Source of the DNA: an uncultured bacterium
GTDB taxonomy: Bacteria; Gemmatimonadota; Gemmatimonadetes; Gemmatimonadales; Gemmatimonadaceae
NCBI GenBank assembly: GCA_963978095.1
Contig: CAXBQP010000002.1
Location: 32,001-96,000, forward strand
DNA length: 64,000 nucleotides
Direction: 5' to 3'
The notes beneath the pieces were generated by a model. That model saw nothing but the letters and a program-made list of their open reading frames with translations. It was not told the DNA's origin and did not search any database. Numbering within the stretch: the first letter of the stretch is position 1; the number at the start of each line of letters is the position of its first letter. Of the stretch, positions 10,119 to 19,431 are shown in pieces. The translations under genes were made by a program, and so were the position numbers.

Positions 10119-11108
10119 TCAGCCGCCGTCGCCCTTCCGGGCTCGACGGCGGTATTTCTTTTGTGCACGGGCCATGGCCGCGCGGAAGCGACGTTCGAAT
10201 CCCTCCGGGGCGAACTCGCGGATGGCGGTCGCGCGCGCCGCCGCCCCCATCGTCCGCGCGAGGGCCGGGTCGACCAGCAGGCGTTCGGCGGCGCGACGCG
10301 CCTCGTCCGGGCTTCGGGCCACGAATCCGTCGACGCCGTCCGTGATCGGCGTCCCCGGGTGTGCGTTCGTGATCACGGGCAGCCCGGCCGCCATCGCCTC
10401 GCACATCGCCATGTTGAAGCCGTCCTCGTACGACGGATTCGCCGTGTGAACGTAGAACCGGTGTTCGGCGAACAGTCGCTTCAACGCCTCCCAGTTCTCC
10501 GCCGCTTCGACCCCGAGTTCGGGGTTGTGGCCCACCAGCGTGACCGGAAGTCCGTGAAAACTCTGGATGTGGAAGTCCCAATCCAGAAACACCTGTTTGG
10601 AGACCACGTGGTTGGCAACGCGCAACCCCGCAGCCCGCTCGTAGGTCGGGGGATAGTAGTCGGCGACGTCCGCGCTGTGACGGAGCGCGGTGCCTGGGAC
10701 TCCCCAGGATCGCCCCTTCAGGTCAGTGACCGCCACGGCGTCCGCGCCCTGGAGGGCGAGATACTGTCGGAGGCGCTCCTGCATCGCTGCAGGGGAGATC
10801 TCCGCTCCTTGCTGGGCGATACGCCCTTCGATGGTCTCGTGGATGACCAGCAGCTTGGGGGCCGGGATCCGGGCCGTGTCGAGCAGATCCGTGATGTTGT
10901 GGCAGATTACGAGGTCCCATGGCCCCCCCTCGCCCGCCAACGCCTCGGGAAGACGCAGGGTTCGCGCACCGCGCGGAAGCGGCCGCATCCGCGTGTCCCA
11001 TCCCGCGATACGTCGCCCAGGGAGGTCGACCACGAGGTGCAACTCCTCGTTGAGTCGATCCAACTGATGGATCCAGCCCTCGTGACAGTTGAGGACGAGC
11101 AGTCGCAT
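10119..11108 (-). CDS. GT4-like glycosyltransferase
   Basis: Likely start MRLLVLNCHEGW. EDGFNMAMCEAMAAGLPVI and ITDGVDGF are GT-B motifs. Confidence 0.88.
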   Translation of the reverse strand: MRLLVLNCHEGWIHQLDRLNEELHLVVDLPGRRIAGWDTRMRPLPRGARTLRLPEALAGEGGPWDLVICHNITDLLDTARIPAPKLLVIHETIEGRIAQQGAEISPAAMQERLRQYLALQGADAVAVTDLKGRSWGVPGTALRHSADVADYYPPTYERAAGLRVANHVVSKQVFLDWDFHIQSFHGLPVTLVGHNPELGVEAAENWEALKRLFAEHRFYVHTANPSYEDGFNMAMCEAMAAGLPVITNAHPGTPITDGVDGFVARSPDEARRAAERLLVDPALARTMGAAARATAIREFAPEGFERRFRAAMARAQKKYRRRARKGDGG

Positions 11109-11207
11109 GCGGGGAGTGGGGAGATACCGGAGACTCGGCTTCTGTATTTTGCCCTTCTCCGGCGTTAGCTTGCAAGGTTCACGCCAGACTTCCGTCAACC
11201 AGACCGC

Positions 11208-12632
11208 ATGGCCACGATCCTCTTCGTCGACGATGAACCATCGGTCGACATGATCATCGAAGACACGCTGCAGCGCGCGGGGCATCAGACCGTGGGGTGC
11301 CGGAACGTCGGCGAAGCGCTTCAGGTGTTGGCACGCGGCGACATCGATCTCATCATCTCCGACTACCGCATGCCGGGGATCTCGGGGATCGAGTTCTTGG
11401 GCATCCTGGCGCGGGACGGGATCGACGTCCCGCTGATCATGCTCACGGGCTACGCCAGCATCGAGCACGCGGTCTCGAGCATCAAGGCGGGGGCGGTCGA
11501 CTACATCACCAAGCCGGTGCGCCCCCAGCAACTGCAGTTCTCCGTGGACCAGGCCTTGGAATTCGTGCGGCTGCGCCGTGAGAATGAGGCGCTTCGCCGG
11601 GAGGTGAACGAGTTCCGGAGTGAGCGGCATATCATCGGCGAGAGCGCAGCCATCCGGCGGGTGCTCCAGACGGTGACCATGGCCGCCCCGACCCGCGCGA
11701 CCGTCTTGTTGCAAGGGGAGAGCGGCACGGGCAAGGAGTTGTTCGCGCGTGCGGTGCACGATCAGAGCAACCGGCGTGACCATCCCTTCATCCAGCTCAA
11801 CTGCGCCGCATTGCCGGAGGGACTGATCGAGAGCGCCCTGTTCGGCCACGAGAAGGGCGCGTTCACCGGGGCGGTCAAACGGGTGGAAGGGGCGTTCGAG
11901 CGCGCCCACCGAGGCACGCTGCTTCTCGACGAAATCAGCGAGATGCGACTCGATCTCCAGGCGAAACTGCTGCGCGTTCTGCAGGAGCAGGAGTTCGAGC
12001 GTGTCGGTGGCACCGTGCCGATTCGCGTGGACGTGCGCATCATCGCGACCACGAACCGGGATCTGGCCTCGGAGGTCGAAGCCGGCACCTTCCGGCGCGA
12101 CTTGTACTACCGCCTTGGCGTGATCCCGATCCTCATTCCACCGCTCCGCGAGCGCAAGGAAGACATCGCCATCCTCGCGCAGCGCTTCGCGGTGCGCACG
12201 GCGAGCGAGATCGGAAAGAACATCACCGGGATCGCGCCGGAGGCCATCCAGCTGTTGCAATCGATGGATTGGGCGGGCAACGTGCGCGAGTTGCAGCACG
12301 CCGTGGAGCGCGCCGTCATTTTCACGGCGGACGGAATCGTCCAAGCCCACGCCTTCGATGCGAGTCGGTACGGCCTCACGCCGGCCAGCAGCTCGGCGGT
12401 CAGCCCGTCAGCTCCGGCGTTGCTCCCTCCGGCGTTGCTCCCTCCGTCCGCCGACGCGGGCTCGCCCGTTTCCCTCGCCCTTCGGTCGCTCAATGTGGAC
12501 GAGGCAGAGAAACAGCTCATCGCGCGGGCACTGGAGGCGGCGGAGGGGAATCGCACCAAGGCCGCCGAGTTGCTCGGCATCAGTGTTCGGACCCTGCGCA
12601 ACAAGCTCAACACCCCAGAGAAAGACGACTAA
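11208..12632 (+). CDS. Sigma54-dependent response regulator (NtrC/FleR/FlbD-like: REC, AAA+, Fis HTH)
   Basis: ILFVDDE, ISDYRMPG, GESGTGKE, GAFTGA, LLLDEI, and GNRTKAAELLGISVRTLRNKL. Confidence 0.96.
   Translation: MATILFVDDEPSVDMIIEDTLQRAGHQTVGCRNVGEALQVLARGDIDLIISDYRMPGISGIEFLGILARDGIDVPLIMLTGYASIEHAVSSIKAGAVDYITKPVRPQQLQFSVDQALEFVRLRRENEALRREVNEFRSERHIIGESAAIRRVLQTVTMAAPTRATVLLQGESGTGKELFARAVHDQSNRRDHPFIQLNCAALPEGLIESALFGHEKGAFTGAVKRVEGAFERAHRGTLLLDEISEMRLDLQAKLLRVLQEQEFERVGGTVPIRVDVRIIATTNRDLASEVEAGTFRRDLYYRLGVIPILIPPLRERKEDIAILAQRFAVRTASEIGKNITGIAPEAIQLLQSMDWAGNVRELQHAVERAVIFTADGIVQAHAFDASRYGLTPASSSAVSPSAPALLPPALLPPSADAGSPVSLALRSLNVDEAEKQLIARALEAAEGNRTKAAELLGISVRTLRNKLNTPEKDD
12412..12446 (+). 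repeat. 15-bp tandem repeat CTCCGGCGTTGCTCC x2.3 (PALLP x2) in the AAA-HTH linker
   Basis: Read directly from the sequence. Confidence 0.8.
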
Positions 12633-12660
12633 CCGTTGAGAGAAATATCTCGGGTTCGCC

Positions 12661-12687
12661 AAGGGGCGGCACAATGTGCCGCCCCTT
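12661..12687. promoter_or_regulatory. Perfect palindrome AAGGGGCGGCAC-AAT-GTGCCGCCCCTT (candidate activator site and/or terminator)
   Basis: Contains GCGGCA-N5-TGCCGC, which recurs before other sigma54 promoters. Confidence 0.6.
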
Positions 12688-12805
12688 CTGCATCCGACAG
12701 GGTCAAACGGTCGAATGATCGAGTACCCGGCGAAACCCGCTAAGAATCTGCGAAATAACAAGTTAGAAGCGTAATCCGGCAGTTGAACCGACGGCCGAAA
12801 TGCCG

Positions 12806-12821
12806 TGGCACCACAGTTGCA
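12806..12821 (+). promoter_or_regulatory. Sigma54 promoter of the flgB operon (TGGCACCACAGTTGCA)
   Basis: Consensus -24/-12. Confidence 0.88.
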
Positions 12822-12853
12822 TATGGAGTCCCCGTCACCCTCCGGAGCAACTC

Positions 12854-13135
12854 GTGTCAGTCGGCTTCATCGGCAGGACCTCGATGGCCAATCAGCTGAA
12901 GTCAGCGCTCGACGTGAGCGCCGCGCGCTCGCGTGGCATCGCCGACCGCGTTGCGCAGGCGTCGGCCCAGAATGCGCAGTTTTCCATTCCCGGCCAGCCA
13001 GCCGCGCAGGGTGCACCGATCGACCTTGAGACGGAAATGGTCAGCCTCGCGGACGAACAGCTCCGCTATGAGGCGACCGCCAAGTTGCTCGAGAAGACCT
13101 ACTCTGGGCTGCGCGAAGCCCTGCGGGAGAAGTAA
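12854..13135 (+). CDS. flgB: Atypical short proximal rod protein FlgB
   Basis: Lies before flgC and has LKSALD and IDLETEMVSLADEQLRYEA. GTG start follows GGAG. Confidence 0.75.
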   Translation: MSVGFIGRTSMANQLKSALDVSAARSRGIADRVAQASAQNAQFSIPGQPAAQGAPIDLETEMVSLADEQLRYEATAKLLEKTYSGLREALREK

Positions 13136-13138
13136 GCC

Positions 13139-13690
13139 ATGCCCGGCCCGATCAATCCCACCGGTAACAGCTCGTCGCAGCGCCCGATGTTCCGGACGCT
13201 CGGCATCGCCTCGAGCGGCCTGTTCGCGCAGCGTCTCCGGATGGAGACGATCGCGACGAACATCGCGAACGCTGAAACGACTCGGACCGAAGGCGGCGGA
13301 CCGTACCGCCGTCGCTTGGTGGAGATGACGGCCGCGGCTGACACCGGAGTCGCCCATGCGGGCCCGAACGATGCCGCAGCGCTGGCGCAGGGCCGCGGCG
13401 CGGCCGCCGCCGCTCTGGCCAGTGCGGATGTCACACTGGCCGATGCTACCGGTCGGGATGTGCCCGCGGGCGGCGTGAAGGTCACGGGCATTGTTGAAGA
13501 TGCCACTGAAGGGCCGCTGGTGTACGACCCGAGCCACCCGGATGCCAACACCGACGGCTACGTCCGGTATCCGAACGTGCGCGTGACCGATGAGATCGTC
13601 GACCTCATGGATGCCAAGCGCATCTATGAGGCGAATGCCACCGTGTTCCAGGCGGCGAAGTCGATGCTTCGCCGCGCCATCGATATCTGA
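13139..13690 (+). CDS. flgC: Rod protein FlgC
   Basis: GLFAQRLRMETIATNIANAETTRT..GGPYRRR and YDPSHPDA..DGYV.YPNV. Confidence 0.96.
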   Translation: MPGPINPTGNSSSQRPMFRTLGIASSGLFAQRLRMETIATNIANAETTRTEGGGPYRRRLVEMTAAADTGVAHAGPNDAAALAQGRGAAAAALASADVTLADATGRDVPAGGVKVTGIVEDATEGPLVYDPSHPDANTDGYVRYPNVRVTDEIVDLMDAKRIYEANATVFQAAKSMLRRAIDI

Positions 13691-13703
13691 GGATCGCCAT
13701 TCC

Positions 13704-14072
13704 ATGAGCATCAACGCCCTGACCAACTCCGCCTCCTCGCTGCTCGCGCCGCGCCCGGATACCGCCGCCAACAGCGGCGTCGGTACCCCGGCACGCGCGA
13801 ACGGCGCCAATGGCGCGAATACCCTGGCCACCGCGCTCACCAATGGCAGCGCCAAGGACGCCTCCACGGCGTCGGCGGCTCCGACGCTCGGTGCGCGGGC
13901 GCCGGAAGGGACGGACCCGGGGCTGTGGAGCGTGCTGACTTCGGAGGAACGGAACTTCTTTGCGCGGACGGTGACGTCCGGTCCGCTGACCTACAGCCGC
14001 GTGATGCTGAGCGGTGCCCGGGCCACGCCGGCGCCCGCCGCCCGTGGCGGTCGTATCGACATTCGGGCCTGA
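13704..14072 (+). CDS. Hypothetical protein between flgC and fliE
   Basis: In operon, with a low-complexity N-terminus, an LWSVLTSEERNFF...GPLTY core and a GGRIDIRA end. Confidence 0.7.
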   Translation: MSINALTNSASSLLAPRPDTAANSGVGTPARANGANGANTLATALTNGSAKDASTASAAPTLGARAPEGTDPGLWSVLTSEERNFFARTVTSGPLTYSRVMLSGARATPAPAARGGRIDIRA

Positions 14073-14074
14073 TC

Positions 14075-14455
14075 ATGAGCGATCCGATTGGCGCTGCGGT
14101 GTCGCGCTTCACACAGTCTCTTTCGAACTCCGGCCTCGGTCAGGGGTTGTCGGTCCCGGGGGCGAACCAGGGGATCGGTGCCGGCCGTTTGGGCGGTGGT
14201 GACTCCGCCGCCCGTCAGATTCCGGTCGCGGATGGTCCGTCGTTCGGCGATACCCTGAAGAAAGCGATCAATGACGTCTCCGCGCAGCAGGACAAGGCGT
14301 CCGACACCTTGGGCGCGTTCCTGCGCGGCGAGAATGTCGAACTGCATCAGGTGATGGCCGCGACGGAAGAAGCGCAGATCTCGTTGCAGATGCTCATTGA
14401 AGTGCGCAACAAGTTCACGGACGCCTACAAGTCCCTCGCGAACATGCAGGGCTGA
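14075..14455 (+). CDS. fliE: Hook-basal body protein FliE
   Basis: SFGDTLKKAINDV...ELHQVMAA.EEAQISLQMLIEVRNK..DAY....MQ. Confidence 0.94.
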   Translation: MSDPIGAAVSRFTQSLSNSGLGQGLSVPGANQGIGAGRLGGGDSAARQIPVADGPSFGDTLKKAINDVSAQQDKASDTLGAFLRGENVELHQVMAATEEAQISLQMLIEVRNKFTDAYKSLANMQG

Positions 14456-14460
14456 TCGTC

Positions 14461-15966
14461 ATGCTGCCTGATCTCCTGCAGAAGCTAGGTGGTCCCCGCC
14501 GCGTGATGATCGGTGCCGTTGGGCTGGTCGTGGCGGGCGTCATCCTGGTCATTTCCCGTGTGGCGACGGAGCCCACCTGGGTACCGGCCGTGACGGGGGT
14601 ACCGCTGCAGAGCGCGTCCGAACTCACCGACCGGCTTGATCAGGCGGGCATCAAGTACAAGCTCGACCGTGGCGGCGCGGAGATCCTGGTCGCGCAGACG
14701 GACTTGCCGCGTGCCCGCGTGACGCTGGCGAAAGACGGGCTGCCGGGCGGAAATCGCCCGGGCTTGGAGATCTTCGATCGACCGTCGTGGGGCTGGAATG
14801 ACTTCACGCAGCGCGTGAACTATCGCCGGGCGTTGGAAGGGGAGTTGGAGCGTACCATCGGCCGGATGCGCGGCATCGAGCGCGCCGAAGTGCATATCGC
14901 CATTTCGGATCAAGGGGGCTTTCGCGCCGCCAATGAGCGGCCGGCGACGGCGTCGGTCCTCATCGCCCTGAAGGACGCCTCACAGCCGGGACAGGACATC
15001 GTCCAGGGGATCGCGCACCTCGTGTCCTCGAGCGTGGACGGACTGAGCGCGGAGAACGTCAGCATCCACGACGAGACGGGCAAGCAGTGGTCCGAGCCGG
15101 CCGACGGATCGGGCGCGGGTCTCACCAGCCGCCAGCTCCGCGTCCAGCAGGACGTGGAGAAGTATCTGGAGCGCAAAGCTTCCGATCTCGTGTCGCAAGT
15201 CGTGGGACCGGGGAACAGCCGGGTCCAGGTCGCGGCCGCGATCAACTTCGACAAGATCGAGCGTACCACGCTCTCCGTCGATCCCGACAAGCAGGCGCTC
15301 GCGTCGGAGACGAAGGCCGAGATCGTCCCGGGCGCCCAAGGCGGCGCGGGGTCGACCAACGTGAACAGCAGCTACGAGAACACGAAAAGCACGGAGATCT
15401 TCAGTGGCGCGATCGGCAACATCCGCCGCCTGACGGTCGCGGTGCTCGTCGCCGACGCACCGGTGCCCAGCACGGGCCCGACCGATACGATCCCGCGCTA
15501 CACGCCGCGCTCTCCCGAGGAGCTCGCCCGCTTGGAGACGCTCGTGCGCAGCGCACTCGGCGCGGACTCGACGCGCGGCGACGCCGTGAGCGTGGTGAGC
15601 CTGCCGATGCCAGTGCAACGGGCGAAGCCGTCGGTACCGCCGGTTCCGACGTTCGCCGAGAAGATGCAACCGTTCGAACGCCCGGCGCTGACCGTGGTCG
15701 GCCTTCTCTTGGCGTTCGGCATGGGGATGATGGCCTTGCGTTCGCTCCGCACGCCGGCCGCGGTGCCGATCGCGGCGACGTTGGCGCTCGCCCCGGCGGA
15801 ACCCGCGCCCGCGCTCGTGCGCCAGCCCCCCCCGCGTCCGGTGGACATACCGGCCTATTCGTTCCCCATCGCCGACACGCAGATCCGTGACCGTGTCGTC
15901 CAGACCGTTGATGAGAACCCTGATGCGGCCGCGCGCTTGGTGAAGTCGTGGCTCAAGGATTCGTGA
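14461..15966 (+). CDS. fliF: MS-ring protein FliF
   Basis: GLEIFD, RALEGELERTI, AEVHI, ATASV, IRRLTVAVLV and two TM segments. Confidence 0.95.
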   Translation: MLPDLLQKLGGPRRVMIGAVGLVVAGVILVISRVATEPTWVPAVTGVPLQSASELTDRLDQAGIKYKLDRGGAEILVAQTDLPRARVTLAKDGLPGGNRPGLEIFDRPSWGWNDFTQRVNYRRALEGELERTIGRMRGIERAEVHIAISDQGGFRAANERPATASVLIALKDASQPGQDIVQGIAHLVSSSVDGLSAENVSIHDETGKQWSEPADGSGAGLTSRQLRVQQDVEKYLERKASDLVSQVVGPGNSRVQVAAAINFDKIERTTLSVDPDKQALASETKAEIVPGAQGGAGSTNVNSSYENTKSTEIFSGAIGNIRRLTVAVLVADAPVPSTGPTDTIPRYTPRSPEELARLETLVRSALGADSTRGDAVSVVSLPMPVQRAKPSVPPVPTFAEKMQPFERPALTVVGLLLAFGMGMMALRSLRTPAAVPIAATLALAPAEPAPALVRQPPPRPVDIPAYSFPIADTQIRDRVVQTVDENPDAAARLVKSWLKDS

Positions 15967-15971
15967 GGTCG

Positions 15972-17009
15972 ATGCGCGCCAACACGGCCTTCGCCACGCT
16001 CGCGGACGAGCAGACCTTCTCGGGACGGCAGAAAGCCGCCATCCTCTGCATGGCGCTGGGCGCCGAGGGCGCCGCCAAGATCACGCAGAAGTTGTCGCCT
16101 GAGGAAGCCGAGGCCATCTCGTTCGAGATCGCGCGCATGGATCGTCTCGCGCCCGAAGAGGCCGAAGGCGTGCTGTTGGAGTGGATCGAGACCTCCGTCG
16201 CCTCCCAAGCGTTGAACTCCGGGGGCGTGGACTACGCCCGTGAGATTCTCGAGAAGGCGTTCACGACACAGAAGGCGCAGCAGATCCTGAAGCGGGTCGT
16301 GAGTCAGCTGGCGGACTCCACCGGATTGCGGCGTCTGCGGAACGCCGATCCGCAGCAGGTCGCGACGATGTTCCGCAATGAGCATCCGCAGACGGTCGCC
16401 ATGATCCTGGCGCATCTGATGCCGCAGCAGGCGGCCGCGGTGCTCAAGGAAATCGACCCGACCAATGCGGCGGACATCGCGTTCCGCATGGCCAAGATGG
16501 AAAAGGTCTCGCCGGAGATGCTGCAGCTCATCGAGCGATCCCTCGGATCGGACACCGACCTCAATATCCAGCAGGGCATGTCGGCGGCCGGTGGCCCGGC
16601 CGCGGTGGCGGCGGTGCTCAACCTGATGCAGGGCACCATGGAGAAGGAGATCCTCGCGCAGGTCGCCGCCCGGGACCTCACCCTCTCCGAGCAGATCAAG
16701 CACCTGATGTTCGTGTTCGAAGATGTCATCGGCCTCGACGACCGCTCGGTGCAGCGCATCTTGCGCGACATCGACAACAAGACCCTCGCTCTGGCGCTCA
16801 AGGGGGCCAGCGCGGAACTGAAGACCCGGATCATCGGCCAGATGTCGCAGCGCGCGTCCCGGGCGTTGGCCGACGAGATGGAAATGCTCGGACCGGTCCG
16901 CATGCGGGATGTCGAAGCGGCGCAGATGGGAATCGTTGCGCAGATCCGTACGCTCGAGGAGGCCGGAGAAATCGTGCTGGGCGCCAGCGCCGACGACCTT
17001 GTCGCGTAA
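15972..17009 (+). CDS. fliG: Motor switch protein FliG
   Basis: GRQKAAIL, GGVDYA, EHPQ, MFVFED, MSQRA and GPVRMRDVEAAQ. Confidence 0.97.
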   Translation: MRANTAFATLADEQTFSGRQKAAILCMALGAEGAAKITQKLSPEEAEAISFEIARMDRLAPEEAEGVLLEWIETSVASQALNSGGVDYAREILEKAFTTQKAQQILKRVVSQLADSTGLRRLRNADPQQVATMFRNEHPQTVAMILAHLMPQQAAAVLKEIDPTNAADIAFRMAKMEKVSPEMLQLIERSLGSDTDLNIQQGMSAAGGPAAVAAVLNLMQGTMEKEILAQVAARDLTLSEQIKHLMFVFEDVIGLDDRSVQRILRDIDNKTLALALKGASAELKTRIIGQMSQRASRALADEMEMLGPVRMRDVEAAQMGIVAQIRTLEEAGEIVLGASADDLVA

Positions 17010-17628
17010 CCCGTCGGCTCGGAAATCCGCGCCCAGCGCGTGGTCGCTCGACGACTTCGGCGCCTTCCGAAAGGAAACTGCCGCGGAAGCCCCCGTCGAT
17101 CCCGGGCCGTCGGCCCAGGAACTCGCGATCGAGGAGGCGTGGCAGGCCGGGTATCAGGCCGGGCGTCTGGAAGGAGAGATGGCCGAACAGGCGCGCTTGG
17201 CCCCGACCTTGCGCGCCGCGTCCGACGCGATCGACGACATCCGGGCCTCCGAGGAACGGTGGCAGGGTGCGATCGAGGAGAACATCATCGCCCTCGCGAC
17301 CGCGATCGCCCGGCACTTGGTGGATCGCGAGATGGAAACGGACGTCACCGTCGTCTCCTCGCTGATCGAGCGGGCGCTCGAAGCCTTCCCGATCGACCAG
17401 CCGGTGCGCGTCCGCGTCAACCCGCGCGACCTGACGGTGATCGAGTCGCTCTCCGCCCACGACCATCCGTTGCCCGGGGCCGCGCGCGGCAACAACGCCC
17501 GCTGGATCGCCGATGCGCGCATCGCACCGGGAGGCGCGATGGTCGAAGGCCGTGAGCGCATCGTCGACGCGCGCGTCGACAGCGCGCTGGAGCGCATCTA
17601 CCGCCGCCTGACCTACACCGGTGCCTGA
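16999..17628 (+). CDS. fliH: Export apparatus protein FliH (probable TTG start)
   Basis: AWQAGYQAGRLEG repeats, VRVNPRD, and PGGAMVE...VDA. Confidence 0.88.
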   Translation: MSRNPSARKSAPSAWSLDDFGAFRKETAAEAPVDPGPSAQELAIEEAWQAGYQAGRLEGEMAEQARLAPTLRAASDAIDDIRASEERWQGAIEENIIALATAIARHLVDREMETDVTVVSSLIERALEAFPIDQPVRVRVNPRDLTVIESLSAHDHPLPGAARGNNARWIADARIAPGGAMVEGRERIVDARVDSALERIYRRLTYTGA

Positions 17629-18952
17629 GCTCCTCGTCCGCCGCGTCGGGGAGATGCCCCGCTTCGCCACCAACGGTCGCGTCATTCGCGTGACCGGGCT
17701 CGTCGTGGAGGTTGCCGGCCTCGACCTGGGGCTCGGCGAGATCTGTCAGCTCTCGTCGTTCACGGACGGTCGCACCGTGCTGGCCGAAGTCTGCGGCTTC
17801 GACAGCGACCGCCTGCTCCTGATGTCGCTCGGCGAACTCGACGGCATCCATCCCGGCGCCATGGTGACGCCGCTCGGACGGTCCTTCGGCATCGAAGTGG
17901 GGCCAGAGCTGTTGGGCCGTGTACTCAACGGACTCGGCCAGCCCATCGACGGGGGACCGAAGCTGCGCAACACCGAGCGCGTCTCGCTGACCTCGGAGCC
18001 GCCGAATCCCCTGCAGCGCCAGATGATCAACGAACCGCTCGAGACCGGTGTCCGCGCGATCGACGGGCTGCTGACGATCGGGCGCGGCCAACGCGTCGGG
18101 ATCTTCGCGGGCTCGGGCGTCGGCAAGAGTACGCTCCTCGGCATGATCGCCCGCCAGGCCAAGTCCGACGTGAACGTGATTGCCCTCCTCGGCGAGCGTG
18201 GACGCGAGGTCCGCGAGTTCCTGGAACATTCCCTCGGTCCTGAAGGACTCGCGCGTTCCGTGGTCGTGGTCGCGACCGGTGATCAGGCCGCCCTCGTGCG
18301 TGCGCGTGGCGCGCTCGTCGCGACCGCGATCGCCGAGTATTTCCGCGACCAGGGCAAGCAAGTGACGCTGATGATCGACTCCGTGACGCGCGTGGCCATG
18401 GCCTGGCGCGAAATCGGATTGGCCGTCGGCGAACCCCCCACCACCAAGGGCTACCCGCCCTCGGTGTTCGCGAATCTGCCGCGCCTGCTCGAACGCGCCG
18501 GCAACGGTGCCACGGGGGGGATCACCGGACTCTACACCGTGCTGGTCGACGGCGATGACTTCAACGAGCCCGTCGCCGATGCTGCCCGTTCGATCCTCGA
18601 CGGACACATCGTCCTCACGCGGAAACTGGCGAGCGCGGGGCATTATCCGTCGATCGACATCCTGGACAGCAAGAGTCGCGTGAAGGATCTCGTCACCGAC
18701 GTGCCGCATCAGGCGGCTGCGCGTTCCGTGCTACGCACCGAAGCGGCGTATCGCGAGAAGGAAGACCTGATCATGGTCGGCGCCTATCAGCGCGGCAGCG
18801 ATCCGCATGTGGACGCCGCCATCCAGTTCCGGGAGCCGATGGTGTCGTACCTGCAGCAGGCACCCACCGAGCATTCGACCCTCGAGCAGACGACGAACGA
18901 CCTGCTGGCGCTCGGCGGCGCGATCGACACGTCGACCGCGCGTCCCTCGTGA
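17621..18952 (+). CDS. fliI: Flagellar export ATPase FliI
   Basis: GIFAGSGVGKST, GERGREV, DSVTR, GEPPTTKGYPPS and LDGHIVL. Confidence 0.97.
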   Translation: MPELLVRRVGEMPRFATNGRVIRVTGLVVEVAGLDLGLGEICQLSSFTDGRTVLAEVCGFDSDRLLLMSLGELDGIHPGAMVTPLGRSFGIEVGPELLGRVLNGLGQPIDGGPKLRNTERVSLTSEPPNPLQRQMINEPLETGVRAIDGLLTIGRGQRVGIFAGSGVGKSTLLGMIARQAKSDVNVIALLGERGREVREFLEHSLGPEGLARSVVVVATGDQAALVRARGALVATAIAEYFRDQGKQVTLMIDSVTRVAMAWREIGLAVGEPPTTKGYPPSVFANLPRLLERAGNGATGGITGLYTVLVDGDDFNEPVADAARSILDGHIVLTRKLASAGHYPSIDILDSKSRVKDLVTDVPHQAAARSVLRTEAAYREKEDLIMVGAYQRGSDPHVDAAIQFREPMVSYLQQAPTEHSTLEQTTNDLLALGGAIDTSTARPS

Positions 18953-19404
18953 AATCCGACCGGTTCACCTTCCGTCTCGAGCGATTGCTGTCGCTCCGAC
19001 AGAAGGCGGAGGAGGCCGCTGCCATCGCCCTCGCGGAGGCCCGCAATGCGGAGACGGCAGCGCATGAAGCCAAGGCGGCGCTCGCCATGCACCGTGTGCG
19101 CACGCAGGAGTCGCTGACCCTGCGGGCCGGCGACTCATCGACCGTGGCGAGTTTGCGCCAAGTGGCGATGTTGGTGGAGGATGCGGACCGCCGGATCGCG
19201 CACGCCGACGAGCGATTGACCGCATGCCACAGCACGACGCTGGCCCGCCGGGAGGTCCTCAACGCGGCCATTCAGGAACGCCGCGTGCTTGGACGTTTGA
19301 AAGCGCGCGCCTTGGACAGCTGGCAACAGGCCGCGGCCCGGTCCGAACAGGTCGCCATGGACGAGTTTGCCCAGAAGCGACGGGACGGCACAGAAATTGC
19401 ATAA
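18949..19404 (+). CDS. fliJ: Export protein FliJ
   Basis: FTFRLERLLSLR N-terminus, coiled coil, and EQVAMDEFA end. Confidence 0.88.
   Translation: MKSDRFTFRLERLLSLRQKAEEAAAIALAEARNAETAAHEAKAALAMHRVRTQESLTLRAGDSSTVASLRQVAMLVEDADRRIAHADERLTACHSTTLARREVLNAAIQERRVLGRLKARALDSWQQAAARSEQVAMDEFAQKRRDGTEIA
19386..19401 (+). promoter_or_regulatory. Sigma54 motif in the end of fliJ (CGGCACAGAAATTGCA)
   Basis: GG-N10-GC with TTGCA, 30 nt before the ORF at 19432. Confidence 0.7.
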
Positions 19405-19431
19405 CCAGGAGTCGGACCCTTCCGATCTCCT

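Noticed and set aside
11160..11175. Sigma54-like CGGCGTTAGCTTGCA before the activator gene
   Set aside because: GG-to-GC spacing is 9 nt, not the required 10.
11109..12350. 743-aa version of the glycosyltransferase ORF
   Set aside because: The extension is antisense to the sigma54 activator. The plausible start is the ATG at 11108.
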